The notes under the pieces were generated by a model. That model saw only the letters and a program-made list of their open reading frames with translations, did not search any database and was not told the origin of the DNA. A stretch of DNA of 64,000 nucleotides from Spirochaetia bacterium. Its GTDB lineage: Bacteria > Spirochaetota > Spirochaetia > UBA9216. This document shows, piece after piece, positions 45,793 to 56,242 of this stretch (the stretch's first letter is position 1; every line of letters begins with the position of its first letter). The position numbers were made by a program, and so were the translations under genes. Where the stretch lies: the NCBI GenBank assembly GCA_965140585.1, contig OZ223265.1, forward strand, positions 320,001 through 384,000, read 5' to 3'.

Positions 45793-46775
45793 CAGCTTGC
45801 TCTCCTTTTCATTGCTGCCTTATCCTGCTTCTGGTCCATCAAAGTATTGATAAGCATGGCAGCAAGAACAACAACACCCTGTATCAACATCTGAAAGAAA
45901 GGCGACAGGTTAACAACCGGCAGTGCATTGTTGATAATACCCAGAAAAAGAGCACCGAGAACAACTCCGGGAATGGCTCCGGCGCCTCCTGCAATATTCA
46001 CACCGCCGAGAACACAGGCGGCTACAGTCTGAAGCTCGAAGCCGCTTGCAGTTTCATTCACAGCCGCGGCATATCTTGATGTCCACATTACCCCGGCAAG
46101 CCCGCAGAGCAGTCCGCTGATGGAGAAAATGATCATGTTCACCTTTTTAACGCTTACACCGACAAACTTTGCAGCGGTCTTGTTTCCGCCGATTGCATAT
46201 ATTTCGCGGCCGGAGCGTGAGTACCTGCTGAAGTAATATGTGATGGCAACTACGATAATCGCTGACCATATCAGGTTTGTAATACCCAGAAAGCTTCCGT
46301 GAGGAAGAGCCATGTAGTTTTCAGACATCTCATGGGCTGTAACCCACTGGCCGCGGCTGAGAACAAAGGTGAATCCGCGGTAGATACTCATTGTACCGAG
46401 AGTTGCAATAATTGGCGGAACCTTGCCGAAGGTAACTACTGCTCCGTTGATTGCGCCGAGTCCCAGTCCAATTACTGTTCCGAAAAGCAGTACGATAAAA
46501 ACCGGAACCGCCGGGTAATACTGATTCAGCATGGAAGCGGCCATACCTGCAAAAGCAATTATTGACCCTACCGAAAGATCGATACCGCCGGTAAGTATTA
46601 CAAAAAACTGACCTATTGCAACCATTATCAGGATAGATGTATCATTGATAATCCTGTTTATATTTTCGCCCTTGATAAATCCGGGAGCCCTGGCTGTTAC
46701 GATAATAGTGAGCAGTACAATCAGAACAATCAGAGTTGCTTCACGCCGCGCTGCCAGCTGTTTAATCTTTGTCAT
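45792..46775 (-). CDS. rhaP: Rhamnose ABC transporter permease
   Basis: GGIDLSVGS, PPIIATLG, GFELQTVAACVLGGV. Confidence 0.85.
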   Translation of the reverse strand: MTKIKQLAARREATLIVLIVLLTIIVTARAPGFIKGENINRIINDTSILIMVAIGQFFVILTGGIDLSVGSIIAFAGMAASMLNQYYPAVPVFIVLLFGTVIGLGLGAINGAVVTFGKVPPIIATLGTMSIYRGFTFVLSRGQWVTAHEMSENYMALPHGSFLGITNLIWSAIIVVAITYYFSRYSRSGREIYAIGGNKTAAKFVGVSVKKVNMIIFSISGLLCGLAGVMWTSRYAAAVNETASGFELQTVAACVLGGVNIAGGAGAIPGVVLGALFLGIINNALPVVNLSPFFQMLIQGVVVLAAMLINTLMDQKQDKAAMKRRAS

Positions 46776-48283
46776 TTATCTCCTCCGGCTTCAATATGAC
46801 CGGTAGCGGCCTTGATGATGTTGTCGGAATCCGCTTCATCACGTTTAAACTCGGCGGTCATTTCCCCCTCATGCATGACGATAATCCTGTCCGACATTCC
46901 GAGGACCTCCGGAAGTTCCGATGAAACCATGATTACCGCCAGCCCTTCCGCCGCAAGTTCGGATACAAATTTATGCACGGCAGCCTTTGTGGCGACATCA
47001 ATACCCTTTGTCGGTTCATCGAGGATGAGTATCTGCGGTTTTGTTGCAAGCCATTTGGCCAGAACTACCTTCTGCTGATTTCCTCCGGAGAGGGTATCGG
47101 CATCCACATTCCATCCGGCTGCCTTTATTTCCATCATGCTGCCGTATTCCTGGGTAATCTGCTTTTCTGTCGAAGATTTCAGGTATCCGAGAGTACTGAT
47201 CATGTCGATCTGAGGAAGTGTTATATTCTTACCTATGCTCATCTCAAGGATAACACCCTGAGTCTGACGGTCTTCCGGTACATAGGCTATTTTTTTCTTC
47301 ATTGCGTCGCCGGCTGAACCGGGATTGAATTTCTGTCCGAAGAGGGTAATTTCACCCCCCGTTTTTTTATCGATACCGAAGATGACCCTCATTACTTCGG
47401 TCCGGCCTGCGCCGACAAGACCAAAGAATCCGAGGATTTCTCCCTTCCTGAGGCTGAACGAAATATCTTTAAAAACACCCTCATTTGAGAGGCCGTCAAC
47501 CTTGAGTACCTCTTCGCCGGGTTCAACATCCTTCTTTGGAAACATCTGGTCAAGGCTTCGTCCGACCATCATCTTTACAATATCGTCTACTGTGTGTTCG
47601 GAAACCTTACCTTCGCCGATATAGCGCCCGTCCCGCAGAACGGTAAAATAATCGCAGACATCAAAAATCTCTTCGAATTTGTGGGAAATAAATATTATTG
47701 CCTTCCCGTCGGCCTTGAGCTGCCTGACAATCTTGTAAAGGTCTTCAACTTCTCTCAGCGTCAGTGCCGAAGTAGGTTCATCCATAATGACTACCTCAGC
47801 ATCGATTGACAGCGCCTTTGCTATTTCAACCATATGCCTCTGAGCTGTTCCCAGATTCTTTACGAGTGTGTCAGGGTTTATATTAAGCTCCATCCGGTCC
47901 AGAAGAGCTTTGGTATTCTTCTTCATTGCGGACCAGTTAATCTTTCCGATGCCCCTGCCCCGTAAATGATGCCCCATATATATGTTTTCGGTAACGGAAA
48001 GTTCTGAAAACATTGAGGCTTCCTGATGAATGGCGGTAATGCCTGCTTCCTGAGCTTCAATTGCATTTTTAAAAGCAGCGGGTTCGCCTTTGTAGATAAT
48101 ATCTCCGGAGGTTGGAGAATAGACTCCTGTCAGAATCTTTACAAAGGTGGATTTACCTGCACCGTTCTCTCCGATAAGTGCATGAACCTCACCGGGACGT
48201 ATATTAAGATTAACACCGTCCAGTGCTTTGATTCCGGGAAAATATTTTGTGATGTTTCTGAGTTCTAAAATAGATTCACCCAA
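46772..48283 (-). CDS. rhaT: Rhamnose ABC transporter ATP-binding protein (two ABC domains)
   Basis: GENGAGKST, DEPTSAL, LSGGNQQKV, DEPTKGIDV. TTG start at 48283 after AAGGAG. Confidence 0.88.
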   Translation of the reverse strand: MGESILELRNITKYFPGIKALDGVNLNIRPGEVHALIGENGAGKSTFVKILTGVYSPTSGDIIYKGEPAAFKNAIEAQEAGITAIHQEASMFSELSVTENIYMGHHLRGRGIGKINWSAMKKNTKALLDRMELNINPDTLVKNLGTAQRHMVEIAKALSIDAEVVIMDEPTSALTLREVEDLYKIVRQLKADGKAIIFISHKFEEIFDVCDYFTVLRDGRYIGEGKVSEHTVDDIVKMMVGRSLDQMFPKKDVEPGEEVLKVDGLSNEGVFKDISFSLRKGEILGFFGLVGAGRTEVMRVIFGIDKKTGGEITLFGQKFNPGSAGDAMKKKIAYVPEDRQTQGVILEMSIGKNITLPQIDMISTLGYLKSSTEKQITQEYGSMMEIKAAGWNVDADTLSGGNQQKVVLAKWLATKPQILILDEPTKGIDVATKAAVHKFVSELAAEGLAVIMVSSELPEVLGMSDRIIVMHEGEMTAEFKRDEADSDNIIKAATGHIEAGGDK

Positions 48284-48297
48284 CTGAAACTCCTTAG

Positions 48298-48329
48298 AAA
48301 AAGAAGCAGACCCTTTTAAGGTCTGCTTC
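48298..48329 (-). terminator. Intercistronic stem-loop after the binding-protein gene
   Basis: GAAGCAGACC-N7-GGTCTGCTTC-TTTTT. Confidence 0.75.
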
Positions 48330-48348
48330 ATTAAATTATTGATTCTGT

Positions 48349-49365
48349 TTAGAACATTGCCGCATAAGTGGCTATGTTGTCCTTGTTGAATACGAAGGGT
48401 TCGCCCATAACTGTAACACCGTTTTCACCGATTGTTATGTCACCCATTCTTCCGGCCTTAACAACATCACCGGGGTTACCCTCAATTTTACCTGTTGCAA
48501 GAGCTTCAAGAATATAGGTTGATGTATAACCGAGATCTACCGGATTCCAGAGAGCCATCTGGCCGCAGGTTCCGTTTTCTACGTAGTGCTGCATTTCTGA
48601 TGGAAGACCAAGACCGGTAAGCTGAACTTTGCCCTGCTTTCCTTCATCTTCAATAGCCTTAGCTGATGCAAGAACACCAACGGTTGTCGGAGAAATTATA
48701 CCTGCAAGGTTGGGATATTTCTGCATAAGGCCTACAGCTTCTCTGTAGCTCTTGTCTGCAGCGTCATCACCATAAACAACTTCAACAATCTTCATGTCTT
48801 TGTATTCAGGTTTCTTGACTTCTTCGTACATCCATTCAATCCATGCATTCTGATTTGTAGCCTGTGAGGTAGCTGAAACTATACCAATGTCACCCCTGTA
48901 ATCACAGAGTTCAGCAATAAGTTTAACCTGCTGTCTTCCGATGAGTTCTGTAACTGAAGGTACGAGGTCTGCAATTCTTCCGCCGGGATTGATACCGGAG
49001 TCAAAAGAAATAACCTTGATACCTGCTTTCATTGCTTTTTTGGCAACGGGAATAAGCGCATCAGCATCATTTGCTGAGATAGCAATACCGTCAACCTTCT
49101 GAGCAATCAGGGTTTCAATAATATCAATCTGGCCTTCAGCAGTAGCTGAACTTGGTCCCATATAAATTGATTCAACATTTCCGAGTTCTGCTGCGGCTTC
49201 CTTTCCGCCGTCTGCACATGCTTCGAAGAATCCGTTTCCAAGACTCTTAACAAGCAGAACAAGCTTAAGCTGTTCACCGCCGGCAGCTGCTTCTTTCTGT
49301 CCGCCTGCGAAGGCAAGACCGCTCACCAGAGCAAAAACTGTCAAAAGTACAAGCAGTTTTTTCAT
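48349..49365 (-). CDS. rhaS: Rhamnose ABC transporter substrate-binding protein (Rhizobium rhaS nomenclature)
   Basis: VKSLGNGFF, TAEGQI, ATNQNAWI, YGDDAADKSYREA, PTTVG, LWNPVDLGY. Confidence 0.9.
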   Translation of the reverse strand: MKKLLVLLTVFALVSGLAFAGGQKEAAAGGEQLKLVLLVKSLGNGFFEACADGGKEAAAELGNVESIYMGPSSATAEGQIDIIETLIAQKVDGIAISANDADALIPVAKKAMKAGIKVISFDSGINPGGRIADLVPSVTELIGRQQVKLIAELCDYRGDIGIVSATSQATNQNAWIEWMYEEVKKPEYKDMKIVEVVYGDDAADKSYREAVGLMQKYPNLAGIISPTTVGVLASAKAIEDEGKQGKVQLTGLGLPSEMQHYVENGTCGQMALWNPVDLGYTSTYILEALATGKIEGNPGDVVKAGRMGDITIGENGVTVMGEPFVFNKDNIATYAAMF

Positions 49366-49462
49366 AATACTCTCCTTTAACCTCTATAAATATTTATTAA
49401 TAATTTTAAACCTGATGATCGTGTATGTGTTAGGACGGTAATCTACGAAAAGGGATCTAAAT

Positions 49463-50680
49463 CTACGATCCTGCAATAAAATCAGACGGAGATTTCCCGT
49501 ATTTTTCCTTAAACAGCCGTGCGAAATGCCTGCTTGACTGATATCCCAGACCGGTTGCGACTTCTTTTACAGTAACTCCCGGTTCGCCCAGCTTTCTGGA
49601 AGCCTCTTCCAGACGGATGTCGGTTATAAATCGGGTAAACGGCATGGCCTTGTGTTTTTTAAATATCGAGCTTAAATAGTTGGGTGTCACATTCAAAAGA
49701 TCTGCAATTTGAGCTACACCGACAGCTTCCATATACTTCTCACGTACAAGAACCTCCGCCTGCCTGACCAGGCGGACCGATCTGTCGCTTATTTCGGCAG
49801 TATCCGCCGGAGCAGTCGGTACGGAAGGTTTTGACTCTCCGGCATAAATAAGTTCACCGAGAGAACAGATTCTCTGTCCGCTGAGCAGCACCTCTACTGA
49901 GGAGTAATCATCAATCTTTTCGATGTCGGCAATCAGGCCTCCAAGTGATTCGTTTTCCGGAATTAAAACCATGGAATGGAAAAATGCGTCCGTATCCTCC
50001 AGCTTCCCGGCAATTGTTTTTACAAGCCTTTCAGGATCAGCACCGCTTGTTATAAGAGCCGGACTGCCGTCCTGGAGCACAACTACAGCAATGAGGTGCC
50101 TGTGATCAATTTTATAAATATCGCTTCTAAGTTCTGAAAATTTCATGTTGAATATTTCCGCCGAAGGCTGCTGATCGGAAGCGGACAGGCAGAAAACCAT
50201 TCCGGAAAATCTACCGGTCCCGTTAAAGTAGGTATCGAATTCTTCAGAAAGTGTATTATTAAGGACGGCGGAAACCTTCTGTTCAAAAAGCTGCAGCCGT
50301 GTTGCCTTAATCTGCTCTATCCTCTCCCCGGCTCTGATCATAACAGCTTTCAGTTCCGATGTAGCCGCGGGTTTAAGCAGATAATCCATAATCCCCAGGT
50401 TTATGGCTTTTCTTGCATACTGAAACTCCGAATATCCGCTGAGTATTATCCAGAGGATATCCTTCTTTTGCGCACTGATGGTCTCGATGGCTTCAAGTCC
50501 CGAGATCCCGGGCATCCTGATATCGACGAAGCAAAGATCGGGGTTTATTTCATCTACAAGGCGAATCAGCTCCCGCCCGTTTACAGCCTCATGAATTTCA
50601 TATCCGGGTTCAATTTCAAGAAGCTGATTTCTGATATCAAGCCTTACAAGCTCTTCATCATCAGCTATGAGTATTTTCAT
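49463..50680 (-). CDS. YesN-like response regulator with AraC output domain
   Basis: ADDE, DIRMPG, LLKP receiver; C-terminal NYLSSIFKK...HFARLFKEKYGKSPS. Confidence 0.9.
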   Translation of the reverse strand: MKILIADDEELVRLDIRNQLLEIEPGYEIHEAVNGRELIRLVDEINPDLCFVDIRMPGISGLEAIETISAQKKDILWIILSGYSEFQYARKAINLGIMDYLLKPAATSELKAVMIRAGERIEQIKATRLQLFEQKVSAVLNNTLSEEFDTYFNGTGRFSGMVFCLSASDQQPSAEIFNMKFSELRSDIYKIDHRHLIAVVVLQDGSPALITSGADPERLVKTIAGKLEDTDAFFHSMVLIPENESLGGLIADIEKIDDYSSVEVLLSGQRICSLGELIYAGESKPSVPTAPADTAEISDRSVRLVRQAEVLVREKYMEAVGVAQIADLLNVTPNYLSSIFKKHKAMPFTRFITDIRLEEASRKLGEPGVTVKEVATGLGYQSSRHFARLFKEKYGKSPSDFIAGS

Positions 50681-52590
50681 ATCTTCAGCTCCACTGAAGT
50701 TCCCGCCCCCGGACTGCTTTGAATTCTGAATGTGCCTTCAGGAAAAACAACATCGAGCCGCTGCCTTACATTGCTTATACCGATATTCGCTCCGGTTTCA
50801 AGATTTTCCACCATAAAGCCTGTACCGTTGTCACTGATATTAATATCAGCCCGCATTTCACCGCGGCGACGGACGGCTTTTGCATATATGAAAAGCTTAC
50901 CTCCCCCTTCAAGCGGTTCAATGCCATGAATTACCGCGTTCTCAACAACAGGCTGAAGAATAAGCCGCGGAAGCTGAAGATGTCTGATTTCATCATCTAT
51001 ATCAATCTCAAAATCAAGACGCTCGCCGAAGCGTATCTTCTGAAGAAGCAGATACTGTCTTATAAAATCAATCTCCTCCTCAAGAGATGTCCAGCTGTTG
51101 CCCGACTGTATGTAGCGAAGCATCCCTTTAAGAGCTTCAATGGTACGGCGGATGGCCTCACGATCACCCCGGCTGTTCAGCCCGAGAATCCCGCTCATGA
51201 CATTGTAGATAAAATGCGGCTGAACCTGTGAGCTTAAGGCCTGGTACTGGGCCTCGCGTCTTTCAAGCAGCTCGTTGTATGTAAGAAAATTTTCAATCGA
51301 CAGGGAGGCATATTCGGCAAATGTCATGAGCCTTGTGATACCCAGGTCGGAAAACGGGTCATCCTCGGAATTCTTAACAGAAACCAGCAGCCCGAAAGTC
51401 CGCCCCTGAACAACAAGCGGTACCGCAAGAAATGAGGTTACCAGTTCCATATCAAGAACAGACCTGTCATCGAAAACCTGTGCGGCTGCCGACCTGTATA
51501 GAAAATGACTGTTGGGTCTTATAATTCTCCGGTTTATTATTCCAAGCATCTTCTCCAGATCTTTTTCATTCTGCTCTGCCCCCTTGCTTAGATCAAGGCT
51601 TGCTGCTCCGTCATGGTCAAAACGGTAAATTACAACTGCATCTGCAGTTGTGTCCTGAATAACAGCCTGGGCTACAATATCAAGAAGATTTGTAAGATCG
51701 GAGCCGTCGGTAATAAAAGCTCCTATATCTCTGGTCAGATTAAGAATACTGTCTACATTTTCTTTGAGATCCGTGACAAGATTGGTAAAAGTGGTTGCAA
51801 ACGCCCCGAACTCATCCTTTGAACTGATATCGATGCGGACCGAAAAGTTTCCGTGCGAAACCTGCCGGAACGACTGCTCTACCTTCAGCAGCTTTCGACT
51901 TAGATCCCTTGCAATGTATAGTGTCAGAAATACGGAAACACAGAGGATCAGCACAGCAGAGACAATAAAAAAAGTAGTAAGCCGCCGTCTAAGCCGGGCG
52001 CCCTCCTCCTCGAGGGTTTTAATAAAGTAATTCATGAAACTCTCAAAGCTGTTGGTAAAGTAATATGATGTTTCCTGAAATTCCCTGAAAAATGAATTGA
52101 GTGAATCATTCTTCTGCATTTCATTGTAAAGATTGTCTGAGGTCCGGTATTTTTCACGGAGAATGAAAAGAGTGCTTTCCATCTTATCAAGCATCTCCAT
52201 TGCCTTGTCATTCATCATGAGAGCGGTAAAATACTGATCACGTATTACCTCATCATCCGATTTAACCAGATCAGAAAGCCCCATGAAATCCGAGAAGGTT
52301 TTTTTATACTTGAGAACAGCTTCCTGCCACTGCTTCAGTGTCACAGCGGAACGCGGAGAATAAGTCAGTGAGCGGACCTGTCCATAAACCTTCGGAGTAA
52401 AGAGATCGAAAACAATATCTTTCATAAGACTCTTTACTTCCCGGGACTCCTTCTGAAGCTCTACTCCAAGGTTTATAGAATCCTGTATCTGCATATTCCG
52501 GTTCCAGCTGTATACTGAAAGAATAGCAAAGGAAACAATACCTGCTACATAGAGTACCATCAGGATACTGAGCTTATATCGGATTTTCAT
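50677..52590 (-). CDS. YesM/LytS-family sensor kinase with HAMP and GAF domains
   Basis: QVQPHFIYN, EEIDFIRQYL...RFGERL, QPVVENAVIHG, DNGTG, GISNVRQRL; GAF-like SFLAVPL...FGLL. Confidence 0.9.
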   Translation of the reverse strand: MKIRYKLSILMVLYVAGIVSFAILSVYSWNRNMQIQDSINLGVELQKESREVKSLMKDIVFDLFTPKVYGQVRSLTYSPRSAVTLKQWQEAVLKYKKTFSDFMGLSDLVKSDDEVIRDQYFTALMMNDKAMEMLDKMESTLFILREKYRTSDNLYNEMQKNDSLNSFFREFQETSYYFTNSFESFMNYFIKTLEEEGARLRRRLTTFFIVSAVLILCVSVFLTLYIARDLSRKLLKVEQSFRQVSHGNFSVRIDISSKDEFGAFATTFTNLVTDLKENVDSILNLTRDIGAFITDGSDLTNLLDIVAQAVIQDTTADAVVIYRFDHDGAASLDLSKGAEQNEKDLEKMLGIINRRIIRPNSHFLYRSAAAQVFDDRSVLDMELVTSFLAVPLVVQGRTFGLLVSVKNSEDDPFSDLGITRLMTFAEYASLSIENFLTYNELLERREAQYQALSSQVQPHFIYNVMSGILGLNSRGDREAIRRTIEALKGMLRYIQSGNSWTSLEEEIDFIRQYLLLQKIRFGERLDFEIDIDDEIRHLQLPRLILQPVVENAVIHGIEPLEGGGKLFIYAKAVRRRGEMRADINISDNGTGFMVENLETGANIGISNVRQRLDVVFPEGTFRIQSSPGAGTSVELKI

Positions 52591-52693
52591 TAATTTCGAT
52601 CATACTGTGTTATATTCGGCTCTGCAACAATAATTTATATGAGTATGGCTGCGGAAAATGAAAAATATTTCCGCAGCTGCTTTTAACGGCCTG

Positions 52694-53812
52694 TTATTTC
52701 TGAACCGAGGCCCGGTAGCTTTCAACTTCCCAGTCACGTATGAAAATTATCTGTTCTTCGGTCATCGGCTTAGGCCCTCCGAAGGATTCCGAATAGATGG
52801 CAATTGCAGCAGAATCAAGAACGAGGGATCGCGCAGACTCGGTTTTTTTTTCAGTTACATCGAAAGCAAAAAGCCCCTCTCCGGCAACAAGCGCCCCCCC
52901 GGGCTTACGGTTCCATCGCTTCATATATTTTTTATATACAGAGCCGAAGTCGGTAACCTTATCAAGCCTAAGCGGGCCGGGACCGGAATATACAATCTGA
53001 TCAGGATTAAACGGCAGGCTTAGCGGCTCAAAAGCTGTTTCTGATTCGGCAAAAGCAAGAATATCGCGGTTAACCGCTGTTTTTATAAAAAGCTCCCCGC
53101 CGAGAACCGCTTCGGCCTCCGATTTAAAAGCACCGACAAGAGCCGCATCCCCAATCTCTTTGGTGTCGGAAAGACTTACAGGTGTCCGTTTAAGTCTCGC
53201 TTTCAGTTCAGCAGTCACCTCGCTGTGGATGCTGTCAATCTGCTCTTTTGATTCACCGGAGACAAAAAGGCCGTGATTCTGCAGGACGAGTATTGCAGGA
53301 TAGGGTTTTCCTGCCGAGACGGCGGCCTCAATCCTGTCACGGATTTCCTTTGCAAGAATATATCCTGGATTAACAGAAGGAACCCATACAGCCATGTCCC
53401 CGAATATTTCAGCAGTCATTGCTTCACCGGACTTCCCGCAGGTCAGCCCGTTTATAAGACCGGGATGGGTGTGTACGACATATTTGCCCTTAATAAGCGA
53501 ATGAAGCAGAGCCTCAACACTCGGCCGTGCGGTTTCACCTTCAAGCCTCGCAGCCATCATATCGGCCAGAACCTCAGCCTCCCTCGCTTTTACCTCATCC
53601 GGATAGTTTTTGCTCCAGATGGCATTCAGAGAATCCATGCTCATTTTTACAAAGCCTTCCTCCCCGATTGTAGCCAGGGGATAGCCTGAAGCCTTCACAT
53701 AGAGGGTGCCATCGTGCTTGAGCGAGGTATTACCTCCCCCGGCAAGAACATAATCCGGATTGCTCCCGTAACTTCTGGAAAGATCAATTATTGTCTGCAG
53801 CTCATTAAACAT
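52694..53812 (-). CDS. rhaD: Class II aldolase, probable rhamnulose-1-phosphate aldolase (no SDR fusion)
   Basis: GGGNTSLK, VKASG, RPSVEALLH, HTHP, QNHG, WEVESYR; coupled to rhaA. Confidence 0.8.
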   Translation of the reverse strand: MFNELQTIIDLSRSYGSNPDYVLAGGGNTSLKHDGTLYVKASGYPLATIGEEGFVKMSMDSLNAIWSKNYPDEVKAREAEVLADMMAARLEGETARPSVEALLHSLIKGKYVVHTHPGLINGLTCGKSGEAMTAEIFGDMAVWVPSVNPGYILAKEIRDRIEAAVSAGKPYPAILVLQNHGLFVSGESKEQIDSIHSEVTAELKARLKRTPVSLSDTKEIGDAALVGAFKSEAEAVLGGELFIKTAVNRDILAFAESETAFEPLSLPFNPDQIVYSGPGPLRLDKVTDFGSVYKKYMKRWNRKPGGALVAGEGLFAFDVTEKKTESARSLVLDSAAIAIYSESFGGPKPMTEEQIIFIRDWEVESYRASVQK

Positions 53813-55077
53813 TATGCCCTTCCTTTAAGAACGGAAGATTCATATTCACTGACAGCAGGAAATATTTCAGCCTCGGTCGGAACACCCTCGGTTGCGCAGT
53901 AATAATCCCAGACGGCACCTACAGGCATTGTTTTCAGCCTTTCAAGAAGGGCAATTCTACCATAGTAATTGCCTTCCGCTTCATACTTTATAAGAGTTTC
54001 GGTCGGCTCAAGCATTGCGGCAAGCAGGCCTTTTAACGTTGATCTTGAACCGGTTGTCCAGGCTCCAATCCTGTTGAGAGTAGCATCGAAGAAATCAAGG
54101 CCGATGTGAACCCGGTCTATCATCTTTGAACGGACAAGTTCCTCAGTGAGGTATCTTATGTCATCATTGAAAATAACCACATGGTCACTGTCCCATCTCA
54201 TCGGCCGGCTTACATGAAGCAGAAGCTCATCTGAAAAAAGAAGGGCTGATGATATTTTGTCCGCGATAAGTTCAGTCGGATGAAAGTGACCAAGGTCAAA
54301 ACAGGGCATTTTATTATTCTGAAGGGCATAGCCCATATAAAATTCATGTGAACCGACAACAAAGGCCTCGCTTCCTATGCCGAAAAGCTTGGTCTCAACA
54401 GCGTCCTTCATATATTCAGCAGGAAGATCTTCACTGAAAACTTCATCAAGAGCATCCTTGAGAATTCGGCGGTAACCAATTCTGTCTACAGGGATATCCT
54501 TGTGACCGTCGGGAATCCAGAGGTTTTCAATACATGGAGAGCCCTGGTTCCTGCCGAATTCAGCAGATATAGTTCTTACGCGTTTCGCATGTTCGATCCA
54601 GAACTTTCTGATATCAGGATCTTTGCTTGACAGGGTAAATCCCGCATCTGCCTTTGGATGAGAAAAAAAGCTTCCGTTAAAATCGAGCGGAATCTTATTA
54701 TCTGATGACCACTTCATCCAGCCTTCAAAGTGGGATGGTTCAATTTCATCGCGGTCGACCATTTTGCCGCCGAACTCTCCGTAGATGGCATGAAGATTAA
54801 GCCGGTGATTTCCGGGAATCATTGAATATACCTTATCAAGATCTCTACGCAGCTCTTCAACGCTGCGTGCTTTTCCGGGGTAATTTCCGGTAACCTGAAT
54901 TCCGCCGCCTGACAGCGAAGAGTCGGGAGTTTCGAATCCGCCTACATCATCACCCTGCCAGCAGTGTATGGACAGAGGAACCTTCTTAAGATTCTCCATT
55001 GCTTTCTGTGTATCAACTCCAAGCTCGGCATACTGCTCTTTTGCCAGCTCATAAGATTTAGCTAAGTTCTCTTTCAT
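53812..55077 (-). CDS. rhaA: L-rhamnose isomerase
   Basis: HCWQGDDVGGFE, TGNYPGKAR, LNLHAIY, KLFGIGSE, GHFHPTE, RWDSDHVV. Start MKENL at 55077. Confidence 0.96.
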   Translation of the reverse strand: MKENLAKSYELAKEQYAELGVDTQKAMENLKKVPLSIHCWQGDDVGGFETPDSSLSGGGIQVTGNYPGKARSVEELRRDLDKVYSMIPGNHRLNLHAIYGEFGGKMVDRDEIEPSHFEGWMKWSSDNKIPLDFNGSFFSHPKADAGFTLSSKDPDIRKFWIEHAKRVRTISAEFGRNQGSPCIENLWIPDGHKDIPVDRIGYRRILKDALDEVFSEDLPAEYMKDAVETKLFGIGSEAFVVGSHEFYMGYALQNNKMPCFDLGHFHPTELIADKISSALLFSDELLLHVSRPMRWDSDHVVIFNDDIRYLTEELVRSKMIDRVHIGLDFFDATLNRIGAWTTGSRSTLKGLLAAMLEPTETLIKYEAEGNYYGRIALLERLKTMPVGAVWDYYCATEGVPTEAEIFPAVSEYESSVLKGRA

Positions 55078-55278
55078 AAAACACTCCTTCGATAATATCT
55101 TCAGAATCCTGCCACGATGGCAAGAGAAAACATGAAGTTGCAATGTGAAACATTCAAGGTTTTTCTCTGCAACTTCAAAATATACACAGCACAGAGAGGT
55201 GCGGTGTATATTCAGTGTAAAACGGGTATAGAAAATCTGCCTTGACTAAACAGTCTATTTTTAGCACAATTCCGTCAT

Positions 55279-56145
55279 ATGCCGGAATCCATTAAAAGCC
55301 ATCTTAAGCACAGCGATGTTTTCCCCAACCCGGATCTCCATCTCACGGTGCTAAACCGTGCTCCCCAGATACCCTTTCCCAGTCATACTCATGATTTTTC
55401 CGAGCTGGTTATTGTATATAACGGAAAGGGAGTTCATTTTACCGAGGATGAGGAATACACGGTAAAACGAGGTGATGTTTTTGTGCTGCACGGAGACAGG
55501 GCTCACGGCTACCGTGAAATAGAAGATCTCAAGCTAGTGAATATCCTGTTTGATCGCGAAAACCTCTATCTGCCCGGCATGGATCTTTTCGACATTAAAG
55601 GCTATCACGCTCTTTTCACCTGGGAACCAAGACTGCGCAGCGAGCTGAAGTTCAGAAGCCGTCTGAGACTTAACAGAAAGGATCTCGCTGAAGCCCTTGA
55701 TTATATAAAACTGATCGAAATTGAACTTGATAAGAAAACTCCCGGATACCGCTTCATGAGCATATCACTTTTCATGCAGCTTGCTGCATATCTGAGCAGG
55801 CATTATGAATCTAGCGAAGTTCCGGAGATGAAGGAACTATCGAGAATAAGCAGTATTCTCAATTATCTTGAGCAGAATTCCAGCCGCTTTGTGAATATCG
55901 CTGAGATTCTTGAAGTAGCCGGAATGTCTGAGAGCAGCCTTCTTCGGCTGTTCAAGAAGAATACCGGTTTAAGCCCCATTGAATACCACAGCAGGATGCG
56001 TATTCAGCAGGTACGCAGGATGTTGAAAACTACCGATATGAGCATCACTGAAATAGCCTATGAAACAGGCTATACAGACAGTAACTACCTCAGCCGGCAA
56101 TTCAAGAAGATAACAGGACTTTCACCAACCGAATATCGTAATTAA
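55279..56145 (+). CDS. AraC-family activator, RhaR/RhaS-like
   Basis: PQIPFPSHTHDFSELVIV, HALFTWEP, DSNYLSRQFKK; divergent from rhaA. Confidence 0.88.
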   Translation: MPESIKSHLKHSDVFPNPDLHLTVLNRAPQIPFPSHTHDFSELVIVYNGKGVHFTEDEEYTVKRGDVFVLHGDRAHGYREIEDLKLVNILFDRENLYLPGMDLFDIKGYHALFTWEPRLRSELKFRSRLRLNRKDLAEALDYIKLIEIELDKKTPGYRFMSISLFMQLAAYLSRHYESSEVPEMKELSRISSILNYLEQNSSRFVNIAEILEVAGMSESSLLRLFKKNTGLSPIEYHSRMRIQQVRRMLKTTDMSITEIAYETGYTDSNYLSRQFKKITGLSPTEYRN

Positions 56146-56160
56146 AATTCAGAAAAAAAT

Positions 56161-56237
56161 TTGACAGCTTATTTTGATGGTGTTATCATGTTCACAAATT
56201 GGAACAGTGTTTATAATTGGGAACACCATACAGGAGG
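56161..56237 (+). promoter_or_regulatory. sigma70 promoter, tandem palindromic operators and an orphan SD for the TRAP-kdu operon
   Basis: TTGACA-N17-TATCAT; TGTTCACAAATTGGAACA (56189-56206) and TGTTTATAATTGGGAACA (56208-56225); AGGAGG at 56232. Confidence 0.75.
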
Positions 56238-56242
56238 TATTT

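Noticed and set aside
56161-56242. ORF-track N-terminus (MTAYFDG...) of a 114-aa protein
   Set aside because: The TTG start is the -35 box, and the segment consists of promoter, operators and SD.
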